64,000 nt of DNA from Desulfosoma sp. (lineage in GTDB: Bacteria > Desulfobacterota > Syntrophobacteria > Syntrophobacterales > DSM-9756). The notes beneath the pieces were generated by a model. That model saw nothing but the letters and a program-made list of their open reading frames with translations. It searched no databases and was not told the origin of the DNA. Within the stretch, counting starts at the first letter, position 1. Every line of letters starts with the position of its first letter. Positions 26,844 through 36,506 of the stretch are shown piece after piece. A program made the translations under genes and the position numbers. The stretch spans positions 67,462-131,461 of the forward strand of contig JBBFKW010000003.1 of NCBI GenBank assembly GCA_037481835.1, written 5' to 3'.

Positions 26844-27481
26844 GGACCATCCGTTCCCGAACCCAGGGGGGACGGCACGCGAAGGGCTTCCCCAGAGAGC
26901 ACCCGGCGGAGCGTTTCCGTGAATTGGAGAAAAAGGGCCGTGGGATGGCGCCGCCCAAGGCGATCCAGGCTGGAGAACATTTGGTGCCGAAGCTTCAGGG
27001 ACAGTTCCACCTGCACGCCCATGCCCGCGCGACCCCGATTGCATAGGTTTTCCGGCTGAGTGCCATGGAAGAGGGGATGCGCTGCGACGGTAAAACCCGC
27101 AATCGTAAGGGCTTCGGCGCACAGGTCCCGCAGGCGGGTGTCGAGTCCCCCGAGGAAGACGTCAGCTTGGTCATGAGTGCAGCCGTGGATCGTTATGACT
27201 TTCCAGGAAGCGGTCGCAAGGGTCAGGGCCGCGGGCTCGTCGAAACGAGTGCTGGTGATGTGCAAGACGGCGTTATGCTTTCTTTTCCGTCCATCCAAGT
27301 GATAAAAGGAATGGAACCCTCGCGCGATGGCTCGGGCCGCCTCCGAGGTCCCCGGTTCGATGCCGCCGCCGTGGGGAGCCATAACCGCCAGGCCGGAACG
27401 GCCGGCCTGCCATTCGACGACGAAGTCGCGGCCGGGGTTTTCCTGGAGAAGGAGGGCTGAAAAGGAGCGGTATCCGTTCAT
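26840..27481 (-). CDS. Poly-gamma-glutamate hydrolase family protein (PghP/YjqB-like)
   Basis: APHGGGIEPGTSE, HITSTRFDEP, ITIHG, PENLCNR, GVQVELS match the family signature. Confidence 0.85.
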   Translation of the reverse strand: MNGYRSFSALLLQENPGRDFVVEWQAGRSGLAVMAPHGGGIEPGTSEAARAIARGFHSFYHLDGRKRKHNAVLHITSTRFDEPAALTLATASWKVITIHGCTHDQADVFLGGLDTRLRDLCAEALTIAGFTVAAHPLFHGTQPENLCNRGRAGMGVQVELSLKLRHQMFSSLDRLGRRHPTALFLQFTETLRRVLSGEALRVPSPLGSGTDGP

Positions 27482-27648
27482 GACGCCTCAAGCCTGTGGA
27501 TGTGTGTCGCATGTTCGGGCATCGCCCATGCCGCCTCGTGCCCGTGGAAGCAAAGTGGGGTGTTCCGGCATCGCATCGTCTCCATTGTGCCGGGGAAAAG
27601 GGCCCGTGTAAAGCGTCCCGCCCACGGCTTCGCCTAGCGCTGGAAGAC

Positions 27649-27679
27649 GGAGGTTGGGGTGAGCGAAGCGAACCCCAAC
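27649..27679 (+). repeat. REP family A, single copy (GGAG variant)
   Basis: GGAGGTTGGGGTGAGCGAAGCGAACCCCAAC. Confidence 0.85.
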
Positions 27680-27762
27680 ACAAAAACCCGGGAGCTTGCC
27701 GGAGAGTTCCAAACGTCTTTACTGCCGCGCAAGCGGGAGTCCCTTTAAAACGGAGGCCTCAC

Positions 27763-28605
27763 ATGGAAAGCAAGGTCGCACGCGCTTTGGGCATGTCCCA
27801 CGAACCCGTAGCCGTCCTGTGGGCGGACGAGAAGCCCGAAGGGGCCTCGGTCTTTCGCCCCGGCAAATGGGGCTGTGTCATGTGGATGCTTGCGGGAGCT
27901 TCCCGCGGAAAGCCCGCCGCCTTCGACCGCGAATCCTACGGATGCTGGGGCGGCGGCGTGGGCCTGGGTTTCGGCAACCAGTACAAGGCTTTTCCGGGCG
28001 GGGAGACGTGCTTTCACTATTTCCTTTCCGTCGGCAATCGGCACTGGGATCAAGGGCGCGCCGTAACGGAACACATGGAAGCCTCCGGCTGCGGGGCCTT
28101 TGTCGAAGACTTTCGCGACGGGGAAGGCTACCTCAAGGACCCGGGGCTTGTGGAGCGGTTCATCCAGGACTTGCCCATCCTGGATGTGCCGACCCGCTAC
28201 GTCATCTTTCAGCCCCTAAAGGCTGTCGATCCGTCATCGGCACCGCCGCAGGTCGTCGTTTTTTGGGCCGATCCCCATCAGCTGGCGGCTCTGGTCGTCT
28301 TGACCAATTACGGGAGGCCTGGAAACGAAAACGTGATCGTCCCCTTTGCGGCGGGATGCCAAAGCATCGGCATTTATGCGTATCAGGAAGCCGCGCGCGA
28401 AAAACCGCGAGGCGTCATCGGCCAGATGGATCTTTCGGCGCGTCTCAACGTGGCCAAGACCATGGGCGATCATGCCTTTACATTTGCCGCGCCGTGGCGG
28501 CTCTTTTTGGAACTGGAAGAAAACGTCGCGGGAAGTTTCGTGGACCGCCCCGTCTGGAAGGAGCTCAAGGAGCGATCCGCCGTTGCCAAAAAGGAGAGAT
28601 CATGA
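27763..28605 (+). CDS. DUF169 family protein
   Basis: SD GGAGG before ATG 27763; EPVAVLW, GC.GG, VFWADPHQLAAL, PFAAGCQS pattern. Confidence 0.7.
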   Translation: MESKVARALGMSHEPVAVLWADEKPEGASVFRPGKWGCVMWMLAGASRGKPAAFDRESYGCWGGGVGLGFGNQYKAFPGGETCFHYFLSVGNRHWDQGRAVTEHMEASGCGAFVEDFRDGEGYLKDPGLVERFIQDLPILDVPTRYVIFQPLKAVDPSSAPPQVVVFWADPHQLAALVVLTNYGRPGNENVIVPFAAGCQSIGIYAYQEAAREKPRGVIGQMDLSARLNVAKTMGDHAFTFAAPWRLFLELEENVAGSFVDRPVWKELKERSAVAKKERS

Positions 28606-28678
28606 TAGCCAAGGGCTTCCTCGCTCCCAGTTCCCGGTGTGTCGCGAGGTATTCTTACGGCGTGCAGAGGAAGCTCCC

Positions 28679-29005
28679 ATGGAATGTCCTGCGCTCAGTC
28701 GGGTTTACGTCATCTTCAAACGGACCAGGTGCTGCATCCGCATCTACACCGATCTGGACCGGGACGCCTTTCAAGCAGCTCTGGAAGAGTCCCTGGACAA
28801 AAAGAAAAGCCTTTTCCTTCACGTCTATCAGCCCAACGGCAACGGGTTTGTTCGAAGCCACACGACGGTGACACCTTACGAAGTCCTGGTGGACTGCGTT
28901 TTCCATGTCCAGGAGGTATCGAAAAACGGCGACGATCCCTGCACGGAAAAGGGGAAAGAAGCTCGTTTTCTGGAGCGGCTCTTTCGCGAGCACGGCCTCG
29001 CTTAG
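28679..29005 (+). CDS. Hypothetical protein (about 108 aa)
   Basis: Plausible composition and GAGG upstream; start uncertain. Confidence 0.5.
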   Translation: MECPALSRVYVIFKRTRCCIRIYTDLDRDAFQAALEESLDKKKSLFLHVYQPNGNGFVRSHTTVTPYEVLVDCVFHVQEVSKNGDDPCTEKGKEARFLERLFREHGLA

Positions 29006-29256
29006 GAACGGACCGAAGGACGGTTTGGCATAGCGGGCGCGCTCACGATCTTTTGCGAGCGTTTTGCAGGGGTTTCGGCCTGGATGTCGGGGAAAACCGC
29101 TCCCACGGGTAGCAGATCTCGGGCAAGCTTTTTGCGGCGGATGCATATCTCGGCCCGACTGCGCCGGCGGGGCGGCTTTTCACGTTCCGAAGGAAATATT
29201 GTTCCAGCCCCAGCGCCTTCGGAACCTTCCACGTTCCTTTCGGCACAGGATGGCTC

Positions 29257-29391
29257 ATGAGCGCTCAAGAAGACGAAGGCGGCTTGAGGGAACGGATTGC
29301 GGCCCTGGAAAGGGAACGCGACCTCCTGCAGGAGCGCGTCAAGGAATTGGAAGAGGCTCTCCAGGGGTGCTTGAGCCGGTCCCGGCACTGA
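29257..29391 (+). CDS. Possible 44-aa coiled-coil peptide
   Basis: MSAQEDEGGLRERIAALERERDLLQERVKELEEALQGCLSRSRH shows a heptad pattern; below the ORF-track length cut-off. Confidence 0.35.
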   Translation: MSAQEDEGGLRERIAALERERDLLQERVKELEEALQGCLSRSRH

Positions 29392-29540
29392 CTGGGGTGC
29401 GGCTTTGCCGACTGGTGGCTGGACGCCACACGGGTGCTCACCGAAAAGACCGGCGCGTTTCCCTTCAAGAAACCATCCTGCCCCGCGGTCGCTGAGATAG
29501 AAGAAGAAGGAAGTGAGCCCCGCCCGCCGGAGGAGCCTTC

Positions 29541-30728
29541 ATGAAGGATCCGGAGCCGGCGTTCGGCTTTTTCATCGACGGAAAGCCCGTTGACGACGGC
29601 GCCCTGTCCCGTGCGCTCCCCATTGGGCTATCGGACGATGCCCCGAAGATCGCCTACGCCCACTACTTCCAGGCATTGGCCGAAGCCCTGAGGGCAAGGA
29701 ATTTCGAGCCCATTCGCCGAAGTCTCCAGGTGCTGACCGGAGAATCTTTCTTGCCCGATCGGATTCGCGACGTAAGAATCGACAGCGTGAAACACGGCGC
29801 GCTCTACCACGTGGCCAAGGTGACGGTCGACGTCAGCGGGCGCTCCTTTTCCATGGCCATGAATTCGGCCGTGCATCCCAAGCGCCAAGCGGCTCTCGAG
29901 CGCGAATGGACGACGCTGGAAAGCCTTTCAAAAACGGCAACGGCGCCGTACGTGCCCAGAGGACTGTATCTGGGCGAAGGCTTGTGGCACGGCGCCTCCC
30001 GGGAAGCCAGTCCCTTTCGGTTTTTTCTCGCCCGGTGGTTCGACGGCTTTCATGAATGGCACCTGGAAAAAGGGCAGGGCGATCGTGTCGAAACCGTGAG
30101 GGTCTGGGACGGCTCAGCCGCGGGCCGCGAGCTCACCGACGCGGAATCGTCGCAGCTCATGGAACAGGCGGCCTACATCCTCACTCTGGCGCTGGACAGG
30201 CAGGATTTCCGCCACATTCACCCATGGCACCACGCGGCGGGAGATTTTGTCGTCACGGTAGAAGGGCCCGCGGTCGCCGTGCGACTCATCGCCGCCAGAA
30301 ACCTCAGGGTCCTGGTGCCTCCGGGGTCGGAACCCCATGAGCGCCTTTCCGCCGTGGCCGCCTTCTTTTTTGCCCTGACCTTTCGCCTCCGCCTGGATCG
30401 GGACCGCGGGACGGGCGATCTGGTCTGGGCCCCCGATCGCTGGCTTCCCGCCGTGGCAAGGGGCTTTCTCCGAGGCTGGACCGACGGGGCGCCGCCCCAT
30501 GAGGCTTTTTCGACCGAGGACGTTCGGGCGGCCCTTGGGGCCTTCGGTGCCTCGGATTGGGAAACCGTAGGGGACCTTCTCGCGGACGATCTCATCGTGG
30601 ACCCTGACGAAGAGCTCCTGGTGACCAGGCTTATCCCGGATCATGCCCGCGATCTGCACCGCAGCCTTCGCTGGGATGACCTTTCGAGGTCGGTTGCGAA
30701 ACAAAGCGTCGACGTCTTGAACTCTTAA
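29541..30728 (+). CDS. Hypothetical protein, possible remote kinase-like fold
   Basis: 395-aa ORF with SD GGAGGAG; KHGALYHVAKV, LERE, HHAAGDFVV segments. Confidence 0.7.
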   Translation: MKDPEPAFGFFIDGKPVDDGALSRALPIGLSDDAPKIAYAHYFQALAEALRARNFEPIRRSLQVLTGESFLPDRIRDVRIDSVKHGALYHVAKVTVDVSGRSFSMAMNSAVHPKRQAALEREWTTLESLSKTATAPYVPRGLYLGEGLWHGASREASPFRFFLARWFDGFHEWHLEKGQGDRVETVRVWDGSAAGRELTDAESSQLMEQAAYILTLALDRQDFRHIHPWHHAAGDFVVTVEGPAVAVRLIAARNLRVLVPPGSEPHERLSAVAAFFFALTFRLRLDRDRGTGDLVWAPDRWLPAVARGFLRGWTDGAPPHEAFSTEDVRAALGAFGASDWETVGDLLADDLIVDPDEELLVTRLIPDHARDLHRSLRWDDLSRSVAKQSVDVLNS

Positions 30729-30800
30729 TGTGAAAGTCGCAGTTGTAATCCGGCAGGGCAGGACTTTCATGGTTCGTTGTCTTGCCGGATATTGATCTGG

Positions 30801-30892
30801 GTTGGGGTTCGCTCCGCTCACCCCAACCTACGAGTTTATTGAACATTTTGGGCCGCCGACTGTAGGTTGGGGTGAGCGCAGCGAACCCCAAC
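30801..30892. repeat. REP family A inverted doublet
   Basis: Copies 30801-30831(-) and 30862-30892(+) with a 30-nt spacer. Confidence 0.9.
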
Positions 30893-30926
30893 AAAAACCG
30901 GGCATACGCTCGCACGTCTCGGTCTC

Positions 30927-31027
30927 ACAACGAAGGATGAAACTCGAACCCCTGGAGCTTGTCCGAGAATCCTTTACATGAAAGTCTCTGTAACATACCG
31001 TAACTACGGACTTTCATTCTTCGTTGT
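30927..31027. repeat. Inverted-repeat element containing a lone MITE left end
   Basis: ACAACGAAGGATGAAA 30927-30942 vs TTTCATTCTTCGTTGT 31012-31027 (15/16 complementary); GAGCTTGTCCGAGAA at 30955-30969. Confidence 0.6.
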
Positions 31028-31081
31028 CACAGGCGGCCCGCCATGGGGGTCAATGTGAAAGAATGGCGCTCTCGGCGTCTT

Positions 31082-31131
31082 GTAGGAGCGGCCTTGGCAG
31101 CGAACCGCATCGCCGGGGAGCCGGCTCCTAC
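31082..31131. repeat. Second GTAG-type REP doublet (family D)
   Basis: GTAGGAGCGGCCTTGGCAGCGA-ACCGCA-TCGCCGGGGAGCCGGCTCCTAC. Confidence 0.7.
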
Positions 31132-31216
31132 AGGGAAAACCCTCGCTTGTCGACATCTTTCATCAATGCGGCGTGGCGAGCCTCGCCATGACCGTTAGGG
31201 GGCTGATGGTGGGGCA

Positions 31217-31822
31217 ATGGCGGAACTGATCGATTTTACGGAAAGAAAGAAGGCCTCCACGTTGATTGCCGCCCGACCCGTGGAATTCCGCTGGGGGGAA
31301 TGGGCCTCTGGAACGGCGTGGTTGTGTGCGCGAAAGGAATCGGAAAAGTTCGAGGCGCACCGCATCGAAGCCCGCCGACTCCCCGGCCATTCCCACATCC
31401 AGTGGCTGCCCAACCATGTGAAACTGGACGGCGGCAGCCACTATACGGTCAGGGCCCTCTTTCGGTACAGGAACGACGAAGGCGCCATGCGCCGCATCTA
31501 CCGGCTGGCGGGCATGATGGAATGCGTAACGCGCGGCGTCTCCCCCGTGCTCCGCTCGGACCTGCTGCGCCGCATCTACGACGCCATCCTGGAAGAACGC
31601 AAAGCCCTCCACGTGGTCTGGCGGGGTTCCGTGGACCGGTTTCTTCTCCCCCTCTACCTCCACCACGGCGTCGTCGAACGCCTGCTCGCCCGCCTCGTGC
31701 CGGTGGAGAGCCTGAAGGAGCTTTTCGCCGTGATCGACCAGGAAACCGCCGTCCAATTCGATCTGCTCGCCTCGGACTACGTCATTTACGTCCCCATAGG
31801 GTTCGGCTTTCCGGAAGACTGA
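31217..31822 (+). CDS. Hypothetical protein (201 aa)
   Basis: Clean ORF with host-like GC3-rich codons. Confidence 0.7.
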   Translation: MAELIDFTERKKASTLIAARPVEFRWGEWASGTAWLCARKESEKFEAHRIEARRLPGHSHIQWLPNHVKLDGGSHYTVRALFRYRNDEGAMRRIYRLAGMMECVTRGVSPVLRSDLLRRIYDAILEERKALHVVWRGSVDRFLLPLYLHHGVVERLLARLVPVESLKELFAVIDQETAVQFDLLASDYVIYVPIGFGFPED

Positions 31823-31886
31823 AAATTCGGCCCGCCGCGCCCTCCTTTTTTCCGGAACCCGGCGGGGAAGGGCCCAGGGGGACTAG

Positions 31887-32004
31887 GAGGCTGTCCGAGA
31901 ATGGCATATTCCTGGGAGCGCGGGCGTCTCGCCCGCTTCTCGTGCGGGCCGGAGGCCCGCGCTCCCAGGAGAAGAGGCCTTCGGGTTCGTTCTCAGACAG
32001 CCTC
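31887..32004. mobile_element. 118-bp MITE, family B copy 1
   Basis: TIRs GAGGCTGTCCGAGAA / TTCTCAGACAGCCTC, flanked by CTAG and CCAG; 3 mismatches to the copy at 42458. Confidence 0.85.
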
Positions 32005-32173
32005 CCAGGATGGACTCCGGCGGCTTCAAAACCTCATGAAACCGCCGCAGGGGGGCTCCGGAGGGTTGAAGCATCGTTTATGCGGCCGAGGAGGGCTTCA
32101 CCCTGCCTTGCGAAAGAGCTCGGGGCGGCGGATGCCGGGGCGGGCGCGGAGCCGACGCACAAGGGAGAAGGGG

Positions 32174-33151
32174 ATGGGAGATCGTTACTGCATCGGGATC
32201 GATATCGGCGGAACTTACATCAAGATGGGGCTTTTCGACGCGGAAGGCGGACGGCATGCCTTTGACCGCACGCCCTCCAACGCCGCCGGGCCCCCCGAGG
32301 CCCTGCTCGAAGCCCTCATCCGGGCATGCCGGGGCCTCATGGGAAAGGCCCGACTTCAATCCGGCCGCGTTGTCGCCGTGGGCTTGGGTGTGGCGGGCAA
32401 GCTGGATACCAGTGCAGGCCGCGTGGTTTTTTCTCCGAACCTTCCCAACATGTCCGGGTTTCCCCTGACCCCAAGGCTCCAAGAGGCTCTCCAGATTCCC
32501 GTTTTCATGGAAAACGACGCCAACGTGTTCGGCCTTGGAGAAGCCTGGGTCGGCCAAGGCCGAAAGATGCCCAATTGGATCGGGGTCACTTTGGGCACGG
32601 GAGTCGGCGGCTGCCTCATCGCCGACGGGGCGCTCTGGGTGGGGGACCGTTTGGGTTTTGCCGGCGAAATCGGCCACATGATCGTGGATCCGTCGGGGCC
32701 GCCGTGCGCCTGCGGCCAAACCGGCTGCCTGGAAGCCCATGCCTCGGGATCGGCCCTCATCCGGGGCATGGCCCATGCCTTGAACGCCGGGGAGCCGATC
32801 CCGGAGCGGATTGCGGACGCTCTGCGCACGGGATCCCTCACACCCGAAGATGTCTACCGGGCCGCGGATTCCGGAGACCCCATCGCGCGACGCCTGTTCC
32901 GGCGCATGGGATGGGCTTTGGGGCTGGCCCTGGCGAACCTTTTCACGTTTCTCGGCATTGAGTCGGCCGTTATCGGAGGCGGGGTGAGCCAATCCTGGGA
33001 TCAATTCCATCCCCACATGATGGAAACCCTTCGGACCGTTCCCAAGATGCTCGACCCCGACGGCATCCACATCTTTCGGACCGGACTCGGGCCCCTGGCG
33101 CCCTTGTACGGCGCGGCGCGCTTGGCTTGGACGGCCCTGGATCAGTCCTAA
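32174..33151 (+). CDS. ROK family sugar kinase (glucokinase-like)
   Basis: IGIDIGGT, ENDAN, LGTGVGG, GEIGH, CACGQTGCLEAHASG, IGGGVS. Confidence 0.9.
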   Translation: MGDRYCIGIDIGGTYIKMGLFDAEGGRHAFDRTPSNAAGPPEALLEALIRACRGLMGKARLQSGRVVAVGLGVAGKLDTSAGRVVFSPNLPNMSGFPLTPRLQEALQIPVFMENDANVFGLGEAWVGQGRKMPNWIGVTLGTGVGGCLIADGALWVGDRLGFAGEIGHMIVDPSGPPCACGQTGCLEAHASGSALIRGMAHALNAGEPIPERIADALRTGSLTPEDVYRAADSGDPIARRLFRRMGWALGLALANLFTFLGIESAVIGGGVSQSWDQFHPHMMETLRTVPKMLDPDGIHIFRTGLGPLAPLYGAARLAWTALDQS

Positions 33152-34143
33152 CCGCCGATGGAGGTCATGGGGCGGGAGACGCACTTGCGGCGCGGAAGAG
33201 ATCCCTCGTTCAGGCGGTGTTTTTCCGGTTTCGATTGGATGGCTTGAAGGATGAGGCGGGCGATGTCCGCATCGGACGCCCCGTTTCGCAAAAGGCGCCG
33301 CAAATCCACATCGCGCTCGGCGAAAAGGCAGGTCCTCAAGGATCCCTCCGCCGTGATCCGCAGCCGATTGCACGTCGGGCAGAAATGATGGCTCATGGGA
33401 CTTATGAGGCCGATCTTTCCCGGCGCTCCAGGAAACTGATAATAGCGCGCGGGGCCGTTGCCGTTGTGCGAACTGCAGGGGATGATCGGTCCGACGGAGG
33501 CGATTTTCTCCATGACGAGATCCGAGGGCAGATAGCGTTCTTTGTAAGAATCCGGCCGGAAGGGCATGAGTTCGATAAAGCGCACATGAAAGGGATAGGC
33601 CAGGGTCAGTCGAGCCAGGGCTTCGATTTCGTCCTCGTTGACTCCCTTCATGGCGACGACGTTGATCTTTACGGGAGAAAATCCCCGATCCAGCGCCGCG
33701 CAGAGGCCCCGCCACACCGCATCGAAAGCGTCGACTCCGGTGATGGCGGCATATTTTCGGGGCTGCAGGGTATCCAGGCTCACATTGATGCGCCGAATCC
33801 CCGCATCCCAAAGGTCCTTGGCCATGCATTCCAAGAGCAGCCCGTTGGTGGTCACACTGACGTCGTCCACCCCTGAAACGGCGCACAGGCGCTTCAAAAA
33901 GGACACGATGCCCTTGCGCACGAAGGGCTCCCCGCCGGTCACCCGCACTTTACGGATGCCGAGCCCCGTCGTGATGCGCACGAGACGCAGGAGTTCCTCG
34001 TAACGCAGGATGGCTTCATGGGGCAGAAACTGGAAGCCCCCGGCCGGCATGCAGTAGGTGCAGCGCAGATTGCACCGGTCGGTGACGGAAAGCCTCAGGT
34101 AATCCACTTGCCGCTGATAGCCGTCTACGAGCCCTTGGGCCAT
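33148..34143 (-). CDS. moaA: GTP 3',8-cyclase (molybdopterin biosynthesis radical SAM)
   Basis: [32 protein letters not shown]-terminal IGG. Start at 34143 preferred. Confidence 0.95.
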   Translation of the reverse strand: MAQGLVDGYQRQVDYLRLSVTDRCNLRCTYCMPAGGFQFLPHEAILRYEELLRLVRITTGLGIRKVRVTGGEPFVRKGIVSFLKRLCAVSGVDDVSVTTNGLLLECMAKDLWDAGIRRINVSLDTLQPRKYAAITGVDAFDAVWRGLCAALDRGFSPVKINVVAMKGVNEDEIEALARLTLAYPFHVRFIELMPFRPDSYKERYLPSDLVMEKIASVGPIIPCSSHNGNGPARYYQFPGAPGKIGLISPMSHHFCPTCNRLRITAEGSLRTCLFAERDVDLRRLLRNGASDADIARLILQAIQSKPEKHRLNEGSLPRRKCVSRPMTSIGG

Positions 34144-34194
34144 GGCACGCCGTCCTTGCGCCTTGGGATTTTCCCGCACGGACACTTTGTGCCT

Positions 34195-34223
34195 TTTTAA
34201 GATCCGCCCCATCGTTATGTCAA
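34195..34223 (-). promoter_or_regulatory. Putative sigma70 promoter of moaA
   Basis: Minus strand TTGACA-17 nt-TTAAAA. Confidence 0.5.
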
Positions 34224-34246
34224 GATGAGAATAGCGCAAACATCCC

Positions 34247-34276
34247 TTGGTCGCTTTGGGCCTTCGGTGCTATGAT
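34247..34276 (+). promoter_or_regulatory. Putative sigma70 promoter of fbp-tsaD-rsmA
   Basis: TTGGTC-18 nt-TATGAT with an extended -10 TG. Confidence 0.45.
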
Positions 34277-34424
34277 GCGCCGGTCCTTCGGCCTGGAACT
34301 CCCATGGCAGTGCTGTTCATCAAAGACGTGGGGGTCCTCGGCGTGGGGACCGTCGGGTGGGCGCAAAAACCGGGAACAGGAACGGAATCTCTTGGGGGAA
34401 TGTCCGGAAAGGGAGGCAGCGGCC

Positions 34425-35447
34425 ATGCAAGGGAAAAAAGTGGGCGTGACGGTGACCGAGCATCTTCTTCGTCAGCAGCGGTTGACGCCGCAGGCGACAG
34501 GCGCTTTTACGCTTCTTTTCAATGAACTGGTGGTTGCCGCAAAACTCATCAACCGGGAACTGAACAAGGCGGGGCTGAACGACATTTACGGGTTTACGGG
34601 CGAAACCAACGTCTACGGAGAGCAGGTCCAGAAGCTGGACGATTTCGCCCACCGGGTTTTGGTGCGGCGTTTGAGCCAATCGGAGCAGCTGTGCGCCATC
34701 GCCTCGGAAGAAGATGCGGACATCATCGAGATTCCGTCCAACGTTCCCCGAGGCCCCTATATCTTGCTCATGGACCCCTTGGACGGCTCGTCCAACATTG
34801 ACGTCAATGTGAGCGTCGGGACCATTTTTTCCATCCGGCGCCGGATTCGGGAGACGGGCCCCGTGACGCTGGATGAGGTGTTGCGCAAAGGTTCCGAGCA
34901 GGTGGCCGCCGGCTATTTCATCTATGGGTCGAGCACCATGCTCGTCTACACCACCGGGCAGGGCGTCCATGGTTTCACCCTGCATCCGGCTTTGGGCGAG
35001 TTTTTCCTCAGCCACGAAAACATTCGTATCCCCAGCCGGGGGAAAATCCTGAGCGTCAATGAAGGCAACTACAATTATTGGGACGAGGGGGTTCGGCGTT
35101 ACGTGGATTACCTCAAGACGCCCGACGTGGAAAAAGGCAGACCCTACACCGCGCGCTACATCGGTTCATTGGTGAGCGACTTCCACCGCAACCTTCTCAA
35201 GGGCGGCATCTTCATGTACCCGGCCGATCGCAAAGATCCCAAAAAACCTTCCGGCAAACTCCGTCTCATGTTCGAAGCGGCTCCCATGGCCATGGTGGTG
35301 GAACAGGCCGGCGGCGCGGCAACGGACGGTCAGCGCCGCATTTTGGACATCGAACCCGAAAGCCTCCACGACCGGGTGCCTCTCTTCGTGGGCAGCCGGG
35401 AAGATGTGGACGAGGCGGGTCGATTCCTCCGGGGGGAAACGGCATAG
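34425..35447 (+). CDS. fbp: Fructose-1,6-bisphosphatase class 1
   Basis: [52 protein letters not shown]. Confidence 0.96.
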   Translation: MQGKKVGVTVTEHLLRQQRLTPQATGAFTLLFNELVVAAKLINRELNKAGLNDIYGFTGETNVYGEQVQKLDDFAHRVLVRRLSQSEQLCAIASEEDADIIEIPSNVPRGPYILLMDPLDGSSNIDVNVSVGTIFSIRRRIRETGPVTLDEVLRKGSEQVAAGYFIYGSSTMLVYTTGQGVHGFTLHPALGEFFLSHENIRIPSRGKILSVNEGNYNYWDEGVRRYVDYLKTPDVEKGRPYTARYIGSLVSDFHRNLLKGGIFMYPADRKDPKKPSGKLRLMFEAAPMAMVVEQAGGAATDGQRRILDIEPESLHDRVPLFVGSREDVDEAGRFLRGETA

Positions 35448-35471
35448 GCCGTACTGTCAGAGCGACGACGC

Positions 35472-36506
35472 ATGCTCATTCTCGGCATCGAAACCTCGTG
35501 TGACGAAACGGCGGCGGCCGTGGTCCGAAACGGCCGGGAAATCCTTTCCGACGTGGTCGCAAGCCAGATCGCCGTGCACAGCCCCTACGGGGGCGTGGTG
35601 CCGGAGCTCGCTTCGCGAAAGCATGTGGAAAACATCCTGGCGGTGATGGCCGAGGCCCTGCGCGCCGCGGGGATCGGGCTCCGGGACGTGGACGCCCTGG
35701 CCGTGACCCAGGGCCCGGGCCTCATCGGAGCCCTCCTCGTGGGGCTCAGTGCGGCCAAAGGGCTGGCCTACGCTCTGAAAAAACCCGTCTGCGCGGTCAA
35801 CCACCTGGAAGGGCACATGGAAGCCGCCTTTGTGGAGGCGGAGCGGCCGGACGAGCCCTTCGTCTGTCTGGTGGTGTCCGGAGGCCATACGGCGTTGTAT
35901 TACGTGGCTCCCGACGGAACGTCCCGATGCGTGGGATCGACTCGAGACGACGCGGCCGGCGAAGCCTACGACAAGGTGGCCAAGCTGCTGGGACTGGGAT
36001 ACCCCGGCGGGGTCGTCATCGATCGGCTTGCGCAAAACGGAAATCCCGAGGCTTTTTCCTTTCCGAAGGCTTACTTGGAAAAGGGGTCCTTGGATTTCAG
36101 TTTCAGCGGAATCAAGACGGCGGTGGCCTACTTTGTGAAAAGGTACGGATCGCCGTCAGACACTTCCACGGTTGCGACGTATCGGCTGGAAGATCTGGCG
36201 GCCAGCTTCCAGGAAGCCGTGGTGGACGTGCTGGTGGAAAAGACCATGCAGGCCGTGGAACGCTTCGGCGTGCGCCACGTGGCCGTGGCGGGAGGGGTTG
36301 CGGCCAACAGCCGTTTGCGCGCGCGGCTCAACGAGGAGGCGGCCTATCGCCGCCTCCGCCTCTACATTCCCGGCATCCGCTATTGTACGGACAATGCCGT
36401 CATGATCGCCATGGCCGGGTACCGGATCTGGAAGCGGTGCGGCTTTCATCCCGACCCCTTGCAGTTGGACGCCCGCTCCCGCTGGGTGAACGCGGCCGGT
36501 CCATGA
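35472..36506 (+). CDS. tsaD: tRNA t6A37 threonylcarbamoyltransferase
   Basis: LGIETSCDET, GGVVPELASRKH, GPGL, HLEGH, VSGGHT, GEAYDK, TDNAVMI. Confidence 0.97.
   Translation: MLILGIETSCDETAAAVVRNGREILSDVVASQIAVHSPYGGVVPELASRKHVENILAVMAEALRAAGIGLRDVDALAVTQGPGLIGALLVGLSAAKGLAYALKKPVCAVNHLEGHMEAAFVEAERPDEPFVCLVVSGGHTALYYVAPDGTSRCVGSTRDDAAGEAYDKVAKLLGLGYPGGVVIDRLAQNGNPEAFSFPKAYLEKGSLDFSFSGIKTAVAYFVKRYGSPSDTSTVATYRLEDLAASFQEAVVDVLVEKTMQAVERFGVRHVAVAGGVAANSRLRARLNEEAAYRRLRLYIPGIRYCTDNAVMIAMAGYRIWKRCGFHPDPLQLDARSRWVNAAGP

Noticed and set aside
29002-29495. ORFs 29002-29388(-), 29043-29258(-), 29064-29495(+)
   Set aside because: Low-complexity translations without motifs or convincing SD sites.
31901-32173. 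N-terminal extension of the ROK kinase
   Set aside because: The upstream ATG lies inside the MITE; the ROK motif begins right after ATG 32174, which has a purine-rich SD.
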